A stretch of DNA of 64,000 bases from NCBI GenBank assembly GCA_046731735.1, contig JBKPLP010000168.1, forward strand, positions 389-64,388. Reading direction: 5' to 3'. The translations under genes were made by a program, and so were the position numbers. Source of the stretch: Acidobacteriota bacterium (GTDB lineage: Bacteria; Acidobacteriota; Vicinamibacteria; Vicinamibacterales; 2-12-FULL-66-21). Shown piece after piece: positions 50,283-60,080 of the stretch. A model generated the notes under the pieces. That model saw nothing but the letters and a program-made list of their open reading frames with translations, ran no database searches and was not told where the DNA came from. The first letter of the stretch is position 1. Every line of letters begins with the position of its first letter.

Positions 50283-51109
50283 CCGGTGACTCGTCTTCGC
50301 GTCCACGCCTGCAGGCCGTTGATGGCCAACAGCAGCGCGAACGACAGCCCCAGCATGATGAGCGCGATCGCCGTCGCACCGGCGTAATCGTATTGCTCGA
50401 GCTTGGTCATGATCAGCAGCGGAGCAATTTCGGTCCGCATCGGCATGTTGCCGGAGATGAACACCACCGAGCCGTACTCGCCAATCGCGCGCGCGAACGC
50501 CAGCGCGAACCCGGTCAGCCAGGCGGGCAGCAGGTTCGGCAGCACCACGCGCCAGAGCACCGCGGCGCGCCGCGCGCCGAGGCTGGTTGCGGCTTCCTCG
50601 ACGTCAGGATCGAGATCCTCGATCACCGGCTGCAGGGTACGGACGACGAACGGCATCCCGATGAACACGAGCGCCACGGTGATGCCGGTGCGCGTGAAGG
50701 CGACATCGATGCCGTGCCGCGCGAGCGGCGCTCCCAGCCACCCGCCCGGCGCATACAACGTGGTCAAGACGATTCCGGCGACCGCCGTCGGCAGCGCGAA
50801 CGGCAAATCGATCAGCGCGTCGACGATGCGACGTCCGGGAAAGCTGTAGCGCGCCAACATCCACGCGACGAGCGAGCCGAAGACCGCGTTGATGGCCGCG
50901 GCCACGAAGGAGGCGCCGAGACTCAATTGATACGAGGCGACGACGCGGGGATCCAGGATGGTCGCACGGAACGCCTCCCACGACATCGTCAGCGCCGTCG
51001 CCGGCAGCGTCGCGAGCGGGATCAGGACGACGAGGCTCAGGTACAAGACGGTGACGCCCATCGTCAGTCCGAAACCGGGGAGCACGCGGCGGCGGCCGGA
51101 TCCCTTCAT
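50279..51109 (-). CDS. cysT: Sulfate ABC transporter permease
   Basis: Six-TM permease with an EAA loop ([18 protein letters not shown]). ATG overlaps the sbp stop (ATGA). Confidence 0.85.
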   Translation of the reverse strand: MKGSGRRRVLPGFGLTMGVTVLYLSLVVLIPLATLPATALTMSWEAFRATILDPRVVASYQLSLGASFVAAAINAVFGSLVAWMLARYSFPGRRIVDALIDLPFALPTAVAGIVLTTLYAPGGWLGAPLARHGIDVAFTRTGITVALVFIGMPFVVRTLQPVIEDLDPDVEEAATSLGARRAAVLWRVVLPNLLPAWLTGFALAFARAIGEYGSVVFISGNMPMRTEIAPLLIMTKLEQYDYAGATAIALIMLGLSFALLLAINGLQAWTRRRVTG

Positions 51110-52110
51110 CGCGTTCCAGGACGATAGATCTGATCGAACACGCCGCCGTCGGCGAAATGCGTCTTCTGCGCCTTCTGCCAGCCGCCGAATACTTCGTCGA
51201 TCGTGAACAGATTGAGTTTCGTAAAGGTGGCGGCGTACTTCGCCGCGATGTTCGGATCGCGCGGGCGATAGTGGCGTTTCGCGGCGATCTCCTGGCCTTC
51301 CGGCGAGTAGAGGTATTGCAGATATCCTTCAGCCGCCGCCCGGGTGCCGTGGCGATCGACGACTTTGTCGACGACCGCCACCGGCGGCTCGGCAAGGATG
51401 CTCACCGGCGGTGTGACGATCTCCAGCTGACCGGGCGATTCCTGCAGCGCGAGGTACGCCTCGTTTTCCCACGCGAGCAATACGTCCCCGAGTCGTCGCT
51501 GGGCGAAGGTAATCGTCGAGCCTCGCGCGCCGGAGTCGAGCACGGGCACTTTCTTATAGAGCTCGGTGACGAACTCGCGCGCTTTCTGCTCCGATCCGCC
51601 AGGCTGGCGCAGCGCGGCCCCCCAGGCCGCGAGGTAATTCCACCGCGCGCCGCCCGATGTCTTTGGATTTGCCGTGATGATCTGGATGCCGGGGCGTGCG
51701 AGATCGGACCACGTTTTGATGGCTTTCGGGTTCCCCTTCCGCACCACGAAGACGACCGTCGACGTGTAGGGCGAGCTGTTGTTGGGCAGCCGCTTCTGCC
51801 AGGCGGCGTTCAGCAACCCTGCCTGCGCAATCGCGTCGACGTCGTAGGCAAGCGCGAGCGTGACCACGTCCGCGTCGAGTCCCTCGATCACCGCCCGTGC
51901 CTGCGCGCCGGAACCGCCATGGGACTGCTTGATGCTGATGGTCTGGCCGGTTTTTGCTTTCCAGTAGCGCGCGAACGCCGCGTTGAAGTCCTGATACAGC
52001 TCGCGGGTCGGGTCGTAGGAGGCATTGAGCAGGGTCTGAGCAGCGCTCGGGATCACGGTAATGGCGGAGAGTGCAAGCGCGGCGGCGACGGTCCGGGTCA
52101 GCGAAGTCAT
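51106..52110 (-). CDS. sbp: Sulfate-binding periplasmic protein
   Basis: [42 protein letters not shown].. is typical of Sbp/CysP. Signal peptide starts at ATG 52110. Confidence 0.9.
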   Translation of the reverse strand: MTSLTRTVAAALALSAITVIPSAAQTLLNASYDPTRELYQDFNAAFARYWKAKTGQTISIKQSHGGSGAQARAVIEGLDADVVTLALAYDVDAIAQAGLLNAAWQKRLPNNSSPYTSTVVFVVRKGNPKAIKTWSDLARPGIQIITANPKTSGGARWNYLAAWGAALRQPGGSEQKAREFVTELYKKVPVLDSGARGSTITFAQRRLGDVLLAWENEAYLALQESPGQLEIVTPPVSILAEPPVAVVDKVVDRHGTRAAAEGYLQYLYSPEGQEIAAKRHYRPRDPNIAAKYAATFTKLNLFTIDEVFGGWQKAQKTHFADGGVFDQIYRPGTR

Positions 52111-52121
52111 GTGGCAGATCC

Positions 52122-53336
52122 TCAAAACGCAAGCTGCATACGCAGAATGATGACGTTCTCGCTGGGCCGCACGACGTTGCCTCCATCGAAGGAGGTGTGT
52201 TCGTACGTGATGTAGTACTTGATTGGGGTGGCGGGGTACCAGTTCGCGCCGACGGCCCACGCCTTTGCGTCGGCGCTCGCGGTCGGCGCCGCGAGGCCGC
52301 GCACGAACACGAGTGGATCGACGTGCAGCTCTGAATAGCGCGCGACCAGCTGCAGCGCGCCCCACAGCCCCGCATTCGGGTCGAACGAACGCGTCGGCCG
52401 GACACCGCGATCCGATGCCGGCTCGCCGGTCAGGATGTAGGACGCGCTCACCTCCCATCCGTCATTGGTGACGGAGTCCGTGCGCGACTCGCGCGACACG
52501 TCCTGGGTGGTGCGCATGTATTCGGCGAACGTGCCGAAACCCTTGTAGTAGTAAAAGACCGCGGGCGTCACACGGCGGCGATCACCCGCGGCGGCGCTGG
52601 CCGCGGCGTAGGAAAAGTACGGCTGCCCGACCGATGTTCTGAAGACCGGCAGCGCGCCCGCCTGTGAGCCGATCGATCCACCGAGATGAAACCCGAGGCC
52701 GCTCGCGGCGTGACGGGCGGCAGCGCTCGTTCTGAACGGTTGCCAGGTAAGGCGCCCGGCAAGATCCTTCGAGTGATTGACGTCGATATCCGTGGTTGAA
52801 CTGACGCCGTCCGGAACACCGTTGAACACCCCGGCGGCGTAGGTCAGCCGCGGCGTAATCTCGCCGATCGCCTGAAACCCGATGTCTCGATTCGGCATCA
52901 GACCGGAAGCAATCGGCCGCTCAGGGAAGAGCAGGTATGGGTCTCCCTGCAGCAGTTCGTAGCCAACCGGCGTTTTATCCTTGCCGGCACGAACGCGGAA
53001 TACCTGGGAGAACCGCATATCGACGTACGCGTCGAGCAGCGCCGCCGTCCCGTTGCCAAAATCCGGCATCACTTTGAACTCGAAATACTTCGCGACGCGG
53101 CCCGAGAGGGTGGGACGGGCTTTGCGAATCGTGAACGTATTGATAATCGGCTGCGGATCGTCGAGCGAAAAGCGGCCGTCGACCTGCCCGGTCAGGCCGA
53201 GCACGAGCCGGTTGTCGCCGTTCGCCGATTGCACGACAAACCCATCCTGCCACCCTGCGGTGAACGGCGTGGAAGTCGTTTGCGCTGCGGCGGCCGCCGG
53301 AACCGTGACGAGCGCCAGGACCACGAGATGCCTCAA
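52122..53336 (-). CDS. OprO/OprP-like anion-selective outer-membrane porin. Start uncertain (TTG 53336 proposed)
   Basis: [31 protein letters not shown]....[12 protein letters not shown] and a C-terminal aromatic residue (..QLAF). A signal peptide follows the proposed start. Confidence 0.8.
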   Translation of the reverse strand: MRHLVVLALVTVPAAAAAQTTSTPFTAGWQDGFVVQSANGDNRLVLGLTGQVDGRFSLDDPQPIINTFTIRKARPTLSGRVAKYFEFKVMPDFGNGTAALLDAYVDMRFSQVFRVRAGKDKTPVGYELLQGDPYLLFPERPIASGLMPNRDIGFQAIGEITPRLTYAAGVFNGVPDGVSSTTDIDVNHSKDLAGRLTWQPFRTSAAARHAASGLGFHLGGSIGSQAGALPVFRTSVGQPYFSYAAASAAAGDRRRVTPAVFYYYKGFGTFAEYMRTTQDVSRESRTDSVTNDGWEVSASYILTGEPASDRGVRPTRSFDPNAGLWGALQLVARYSELHVDPLVFVRGLAAPTASADAKAWAVGANWYPATPIKYYITYEHTSFDGGNVVRPSENVIILRMQLAF

Positions 53337-53393
53337 CCAGGACCGTCCTTTGCTGCAATTTCCTTCAATGAATCTCAGTCGCGCTTTCAGGAC

Positions 53394-53431
53394 AAAAAAA
53401 AGGCCCGGAAGCGTTGAACTCCCGGGCCTTT
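53394..53431 (-). terminator. Canonical intrinsic terminator in the 5' leader of the porin-sulfate cluster: GGCCCGGGAG-ttcaacg-CTTCCGGGCC followed by T8 (minus strand)
   Basis: 10-bp stem (one G.U), 7-nt loop and an 8-T run, counted directly. It is flanked by A3 upstream, so it could be bidirectional. Confidence 0.75.
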
Positions 53432-53464
53432 CGAGCTGTTTTTGCGCGTGTAGAAATAAGACGA

Positions 53465-53518
53465 TTACACTGGCAGGCGCAGCACGGGGACCGGAGCTTC
53501 CCCCGGACAACAACACAT
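53465..53518 (-). CDS. Candidate leader peptide sORF MCCCPGEAPVPVLRLPV (extendable in frame to ATG 53539: MVAMAARMCCC..)
   Basis: ATG TGT TGT TGT CCG GGG GAA GCT CCG GTC CCC GTG CTG CGC CTG CCA GTG TAA, read base by base on the minus strand. It lies 36 nt upstream of the terminator stem. No clear SD. Confidence 0.45.
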   Translation of the reverse strand: MCCCPGEAPVPVLRLPV

Positions 53519-54530
53519 GCGCGCCGCCATGGCAACCATCGCTCTTCTTATGTCACACCGGCTTCGCGCGGGTCAAGGGGGGCCGTTCGCGGTGGCCCTG
53601 GCGGCGGCGATCGCAGCCGGCGCGGTGCTCGGCGGCGGCGCGCTGGATGGAGCCGCGAATCAGCCGCCGCAGCGGGCTCCGCGCGCGCTGCGATCGAGCA
53701 TCGAGCTGACCGCCGTGACCGTTACCGTCCGCGACAACCAAGGGCATCTCGTCCCCGACTTGCCGGCCGACGCGTTCACGATCTTCGAAGACGGCGAACC
53801 CCAGACGATCACGCAGTACGCGCACGAACGGGTGCCCGTTGGAGTCGGGCTGCTCCTCGACACCAGCGACAGCATGTTCGGCCAGCGCATCAAGGACGCG
53901 CGCGCTGCGGTCGAGCGCTTTCTCCTGGAGCTGCTGTCGCCAGACGACTCGCTCTTCGTCATGACGTTCAACCATGAACCGCACGTACTGATCTCGTGGA
54001 CGCCTCCCGCTGAAGCGGCCGCGGTGCGCTCGGCGCTCGATACGCTGCGGCCTTTTGGCGGAACGGCGGTGTACGACGCGGTGATGCACGCGCTGACCAT
54101 CATGGATCATCGTCCCCGCGACCGCGCGGCGATCGTCATCATCTCCGACGGCGCAGACACCGCGAGCGACACCACGCTGCGCGACCTCAGGTCGGCGCTG
54201 CTGCGTGCCGATGCCTTCGTCTACGCCGTCGCGATCGACTCGCCAGACCGGCAGGCGATCAACGCGCGCGTCAACGCGGAGGCACTCGGCGAAATCACCG
54301 GGCAGACCGGGGGCAGCACCGAGGTCGTCCGGACGACCGCGGATCTCGCCGCCGCCACGGCGCGCATCGCGGAGGAACTGAATACGCAGTACGTGCTGGG
54401 TTACTCGTCGCCGCACCCGGGCGACGGGAAGTACCACAGCATCAGGGTGAAGGTGAACCGCGAGGGCTATCGTGCGCGTTCACGGAACGGCTACATCTCC
54501 GTGCCGATGAGAAGAACCGGGTCGCGCTGA
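53517..54530 (+). CDS. VWFA-related Acidobacterial-type von Willebrand factor A protein (paralogue of 30568..31533)
   Basis: SSIELTAVTVTVRDNQGHLVPDLPADAFTIFEDGEPQ N-domain and MIDAS DTSDSM. An alternative ATG at 53529 is possible. Confidence 0.85.
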   Translation: MRAAMATIALLMSHRLRAGQGGPFAVALAAAIAAGAVLGGGALDGAANQPPQRAPRALRSSIELTAVTVTVRDNQGHLVPDLPADAFTIFEDGEPQTITQYAHERVPVGVGLLLDTSDSMFGQRIKDARAAVERFLLELLSPDDSLFVMTFNHEPHVLISWTPPAEAAAVRSALDTLRPFGGTAVYDAVMHALTIMDHRPRDRAAIVIISDGADTASDTTLRDLRSALLRADAFVYAVAIDSPDRQAINARVNAEALGEITGQTGGSTEVVRTTADLAAATARIAEELNTQYVLGYSSPHPGDGKYHSIRVKVNREGYRARSRNGYISVPMRRTGSR

Positions 54531-54620
54531 ATCGACTCAGAGGCGGTGGTGGCGTCTCTTCCATCGTTGAATGGAACGGATCGCACCGTCTCGACCGCTG
54601 GCCAAGGCAACAATCACCGA

Positions 54621-54664
54621 TTGACGACACATCACTGTCGACATACTATCTGTCTATGACAGAT
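54621..54664 (+). promoter_or_regulatory. Candidate sigma70 promoter (TTGACG-17 nt-TACTAT) with overlapping palindromes TGTCGACA (54637-54644) and ATCTGTC-tat-GACAGAT (54648-54664)
   Basis: Hexamers, spacer and inverted repeats counted directly. The site is about 100 nt upstream of the second ADOP gene. Confidence 0.5.
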
Positions 54665-54751
54665 ATGACTGCGCGTGCGCTCGACCGCGAGTTGTAGAGA
54701 GGAGCGGGCCCGCATTCGTGGAGGCCGTGCGGCGAGTCACGGGAGACGAAC

Positions 54752-57487
54752 ATGCCTGACTGGGCAGAACACGTGCGTGCGCGGTTATCGCCGCTGCGGC
54801 TCTCGGCTACCCGCAAGAATGAGATCGTCGAAGAGCTCTCGCAGCATCTCGATGATCGGTGGCGGGAGTTGATTGCCGGTGGAGCGTCGCCTGAGGAGGC
54901 CACGCAGCGGACGCTCGCGGATTTCAGGGGCAGGGACGTCTTGGCCAAGCACATGGCGCCGCTACGGCAAGCGCATTCGCCGCCGTCAATCACCCCCGGC
55001 GCGCCCACCGGACACGTGCTCGCCGGCCTCTCGCAAGATCTGCGCTGCGCCGCGCGCATGCTGCGGAAGCAGCGCGGCTTCGCGGCAGTGGCCGCGCTCA
55101 CGCTCGCCGTGGGGATCGGCGCCAATACGGCGATCTTCAGTGTGGTGTACGGCGTGCTGCTGAAGCCACTGCCGTTCCTTGAGCCCGAGCGCCTGGTCGC
55201 CGCCTGGCACCGGGCTCCAGGGCTCAATATGCCCTTGCTCGAACAAGGCCCTGCCACCTACTTCACGTATCGTGAGAGCGGTCGGGTCTTTGAAGACATC
55301 GGGTTGTGGGACAACGAAGAGGTCTCGATCACTGAAGGTGGTGAACCGGAGCGCGTGCAGGCGCTACTCGTGACCCAGGGCCTGCTCCCGATCCTGCGGG
55401 TGCCGCCGCTGCTCGGCCGCGTCTTCACCAAAGAAGATGATGCGCCTGGCAGTCCCCGGCGGGCGATCGTGACTTACGGGTATTGGCAGCGGCGTTTCGG
55501 CGGTACGCCAGAGGTGATCGGTCGATCATTGAACGTTGATGGCATGCCGTGCGAAGTGATCGGCGTTTTGCCGCCGTCGTTTAGATTCCTGCGCACCGAA
55601 CCTGTCGTTTTGTTGCCCCTCCAGCTCAATCGGGCCAAAGCGCGCGTCGGAGATTTTAGCTATCGGGCGGTCGCGCGACTCAAGCCCGGCGTCACCTTGG
55701 AACAGGCCAATGCCGATGTGGCGCGCATGATTCCACTCGCCTTCGATCGGTTTGCCATGTGGCCGGGACTCACGCGCAAGATGTTCGAGGAGGCAGGGCT
55801 GGGTCCGAATGTCCGCCCGCTGTCTCAGGACGTGATCGGCGACGTCGGCCGGGTGCTCTGGATTCTCGTGGGCACGGTGGGCATCGTGCTGCTGATTGCC
55901 TGTGCGAATGTGGCGAACCTCTTCCTCGTGCGAGCAGAGGGACGCCAGCAGGAGCTCGCCGTGCGTGTCGCGCTCGGAGCGAGTCGGAGCCGCCTCGCCC
56001 GTGAACTCCTGGCCGAGAGTATCGGGCTGGCGCTGGCGGGCGGAGCACTTGGCCTGTTGCTCGCCTGGGCCGGCATCCGCCTCCTCGCAAGGCTGGCGCC
56101 AGCCGGCTTACCGCGGATCGACGAGATCAGCATCGACCCACTTGTCTTGATGTTCACGCTCGCAATCTCAGTACTGACGGGTCTGTTATTCGGCCTCATC
56201 CCAGCCCTGAGATTTGCGACGCCGAACGTCGTGGCCCTCAAGGAAGGTGGCCGGTCAGCCAGCGACGCACCGGGGCGGCACCGCGCCCGCAACGCGCTCG
56301 CGGTGTCGGAGATCGCCCTAGCGTTGGTCCTGCTGATCGTCTCAGGGTTGATGATACGGACGTTCATTGCGCTGCGACAGGTCGATCCGGGCTTCGTGCG
56401 GCCCACGGAGGTTCAGACATTCCGCATCTCGATTCCCGGCGCGCTCATCAAGGATCCGCAACAAACCGTTCAGCAGTACGAGCAGATTACCCATCGCCTG
56501 GAACAGGTGCCTGGCGTTATCTCGGTGGGTCTCTCGTCATCCGTGACGATGGACGGCAACAAAGGCAGTATCCCGATTTTCGTCGAAGAATTTCCTGAAG
56601 CAGGTCGAGAGATGCCTCCCATTCGTCGTTTCAAACGCGTTGCGCCTCGGTATTTCGAGACGATGGGCAACCCGGTGCTCGCTGGGCGTGCGATAACCTG
56701 GACCGATATCCACGAGGCCCGGCCGGTCGTGATCATCTCCGAGAATCTCGCGCGCGAGTATTGGAACAATCCTGCCGACGCCCTCGGCAAGCGGATCAGG
56801 CAGTTCCAGTTGAATCCCTGGCGGGAAATCATCGGTGTTGTCGGAAACGAGCGAGACGATGGCGTCCACCAGCCGGCGACGGCCATCGTGTATTGGCCGA
56901 TGCTTATCAAGGAGTGGTCGAACATACCGGTCTACATTAGCCGCTCCATGGCCTATGTCGTGCGATCGCATCGTGTGGGCTCGCCGGGCTTCCTGCGCGA
57001 GCTTCGACAGGCCGTCTGGTCCGTCAATCCGAACCTGCCACTGGCAAGCGTACGGACGCTAGATGAAATTCAGGCAGATTCGATGGCGCAGACATCCTTC
57101 GCGCTCGTCATGCTGGCGATTGCCGCCACTGTGGCGCTGCTCCTCGGCAGCGTGGGGATCTATGGCGTGATTGCCTATATTGCAACGCAGCGGACGCGCG
57201 AGATCGGTATCCGCATGGCGCTCGGCGCGCAGACCGGAGATGTGTGCCGGCTGTTTCTCCGTCACGGGCTCTTGCTCACAGGCGCCGGCATCGCACTGGG
57301 TATAGGTGTTGCGCTGGCGCTCACGCGCGTCATGTCCGCGTTGCTGTTCGGCGTGGGCCCGACGGATCCCGTGACGTACGTCGCGGTCGCGGCGGGCGTG
57401 GCGACTGTCGCCCTGTCGGCGACGTATCTTCCTGCCCACCGCGCCTCGCGCACGGACGCGATCATTGCGTTGCGATCGGGCAGGTGA
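54752..57487 (+). CDS. ADOP-type duplicated FtsX/MacB-like permease (911 aa), no adjacent PadR gene
   Basis: [50 protein letters not shown] and a C-terminal second FtsX module ending ..ALRSGR. Confidence 0.9.
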   Translation: MPDWAEHVRARLSPLRLSATRKNEIVEELSQHLDDRWRELIAGGASPEEATQRTLADFRGRDVLAKHMAPLRQAHSPPSITPGAPTGHVLAGLSQDLRCAARMLRKQRGFAAVAALTLAVGIGANTAIFSVVYGVLLKPLPFLEPERLVAAWHRAPGLNMPLLEQGPATYFTYRESGRVFEDIGLWDNEEVSITEGGEPERVQALLVTQGLLPILRVPPLLGRVFTKEDDAPGSPRRAIVTYGYWQRRFGGTPEVIGRSLNVDGMPCEVIGVLPPSFRFLRTEPVVLLPLQLNRAKARVGDFSYRAVARLKPGVTLEQANADVARMIPLAFDRFAMWPGLTRKMFEEAGLGPNVRPLSQDVIGDVGRVLWILVGTVGIVLLIACANVANLFLVRAEGRQQELAVRVALGASRSRLARELLAESIGLALAGGALGLLLAWAGIRLLARLAPAGLPRIDEISIDPLVLMFTLAISVLTGLLFGLIPALRFATPNVVALKEGGRSASDAPGRHRARNALAVSEIALALVLLIVSGLMIRTFIALRQVDPGFVRPTEVQTFRISIPGALIKDPQQTVQQYEQITHRLEQVPGVISVGLSSSVTMDGNKGSIPIFVEEFPEAGREMPPIRRFKRVAPRYFETMGNPVLAGRAITWTDIHEARPVVIISENLAREYWNNPADALGKRIRQFQLNPWREIIGVVGNERDDGVHQPATAIVYWPMLIKEWSNIPVYISRSMAYVVRSHRVGSPGFLRELRQAVWSVNPNLPLASVRTLDEIQADSMAQTSFALVMLAIAATVALLLGSVGIYGVIAYIATQRTREIGIRMALGAQTGDVCRLFLRHGLLLTGAGIALGIGVALALTRVMSALLFGVGPTDPVTYVAVAAGVATVALSATYLPAHRASRTDAIIALRSGR

Positions 57488-57598
57488 CACGCGGGTTCTT
57501 CCTTTGGGGGGAACGCGTTCGGCGAAATCGGTTCAATCGAACCGCGGTAACGGCACGGCTACTGCGGTTCGTGCCTGTGAGGGTTTCGGTCGAGGCTC

Positions 57599-58594
57599 TT
57601 AGGAGCTATTCTCCGTGGCCTCCGTGGCCTCTGAGTGACTACCAGCAGCGACCGCCTGTGCGAACGGACCCGGATCGATATTCGCCCCCGTCAGCACCAC
57701 CGCGACATTTCGTCCGCGCAGGGCATCGCGCTCCTTCAGAGCCGCGGCAAGCGCTGCCGCGCCCGCCCCCTCGACCGCATTGTGCGTATCCGAGAACAGC
57801 GCCGCAATCGCGCGCTCGATCTCGTCGTCCGTCACCTCGACGATGTGATCGACCCCGTGCTTGATCGTGTCGAGAGCCTCCGGGTTGGGCGTCCGGCAGG
57901 CCATGCCGTCGGCGATCCGCGTCGTGACCTCATGGGACAGCAGGCGTCCAGCCTCGAGGGAACGGGCGACGGCCGGCGCCGAAGCAGAAACCACGCCAAC
58001 GATTCGCGTCCTCAGGCTGAGCGCATCGCGCGCCGCAATGGCGCCGCAAATCCCCGACCCGAGCCCTATGGGCACATACAGCACGTCGATATCCGGAACC
58101 GCACGCAGCAATTCGAGCGAATAGGACGCGACGCCGTGGACGAGGAGCTCGTGGAACGACGGCACCATGTGCCAGCCGCGCTCGGTCGCGATATCCGCAC
58201 TTGCTTCCAGCGCCGCCTGAAAATCGTGACCGCGCTCGATCAGCTCCGCGCCGAGCGCGCGCATGGCGGCGTTCTTCGTGACGCTGTTGCCGTGCGGTAC
58301 CACGATGGCGGCGGGAATGCCGTAGCGCGCCGCCGCGAACGCCACCGACTGCCCGTGATTGCCGCGGGTCGCCGCGACCACCCCCGTGACGCCGCCCTGC
58401 GTCCGCCTGAGGTGGTCGAAGTAGACGAGACCGCCGCGGACCTTGAACGCGCCGACCGGCGTCTGGTTCTCGTGTTTCACCCAGACGGTCGTGCCGCAGC
58501 GTGCGTCGAGCAGCGGCCAGCGCTGCTGCGGCGTCGGGGGCATCGCCGCGTAGACGACGCGCGACGCGGCATCGAGTTGCGAAAGCGTGGTCAT
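57599..58594 (-). CDS. Threonine/serine dehydratase-family PLP enzyme (no ACT domain), 331 aa
   Basis: GAFKVRGG (PLP Lys), ATRGNHGQS, GLGSGICG. ATG 58594 chosen within the longer ORF. Confidence 0.85.
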   Translation of the reverse strand: MTTLSQLDAASRVVYAAMPPTPQQRWPLLDARCGTTVWVKHENQTPVGAFKVRGGLVYFDHLRRTQGGVTGVVAATRGNHGQSVAFAAARYGIPAAIVVPHGNSVTKNAAMRALGAELIERGHDFQAALEASADIATERGWHMVPSFHELLVHGVASYSLELLRAVPDIDVLYVPIGLGSGICGAIAARDALSLRTRIVGVVSASAPAVARSLEAGRLLSHEVTTRIADGMACRTPNPEALDTIKHGVDHIVEVTDDEIERAIAALFSDTHNAVEGAGAAALAAALKERDALRGRNVAVVLTGANIDPGPFAQAVAAGSHSEATEATENSS

Positions 58595-58653
58595 TCGATC
58601 GTCCGCCGTCCCGAGTATTACCGAGGACCGATTATGATGTAGGGTCCAAATAG

Positions 58654-60000
<1,347 letters not shown>

Positions 60001-60080
60001 TAGGCGGCCATAACCAGCCTCCGCTAAAGCTACGGCGGTCCGCCGAAGCCTTGGCGAAGGCGGAAGGCCCGCCCTACCGC
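60001..60080. repeat. REP-like structured element related to the 9928-10126 units (AAAGCTACGGCGGTCCGCCGAAGCC core, outer TAGGCGG/CCGCCCTA stem)
   Basis: Lies in the convergent gap between argG(+) and the tricorn gene(-), overlapping the tricorn stop codon. The core aligns with AAAGCGGCTACGGCGCGGCCTCGCCGTAGCC of unit 2 at 10056-10086. Confidence 0.65.

Noticed and set aside
54656-54697. Mini-ORF MTDMTARALDREL starting at the predicted +1 of the ADOP2 promoter.
   Set aside because: It has no amino-acid bias, no following terminator and no ribosome-binding site. It is most likely fortuitous, unlike the Cys-rich sORF at 53465..53518.
57488-57598. Hairpins CGGTTC-aatc-GAACCG (57529-57544) and GGCACG-N12-CGTGCC (57552-57575) between ADOP2 and the dehydratase gene, considered as terminators.
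   Set aside because: The stems are only 6 bp and no U-tract follows on either strand. That is too weak to annotate, though they may still contribute to 3'-end formation.
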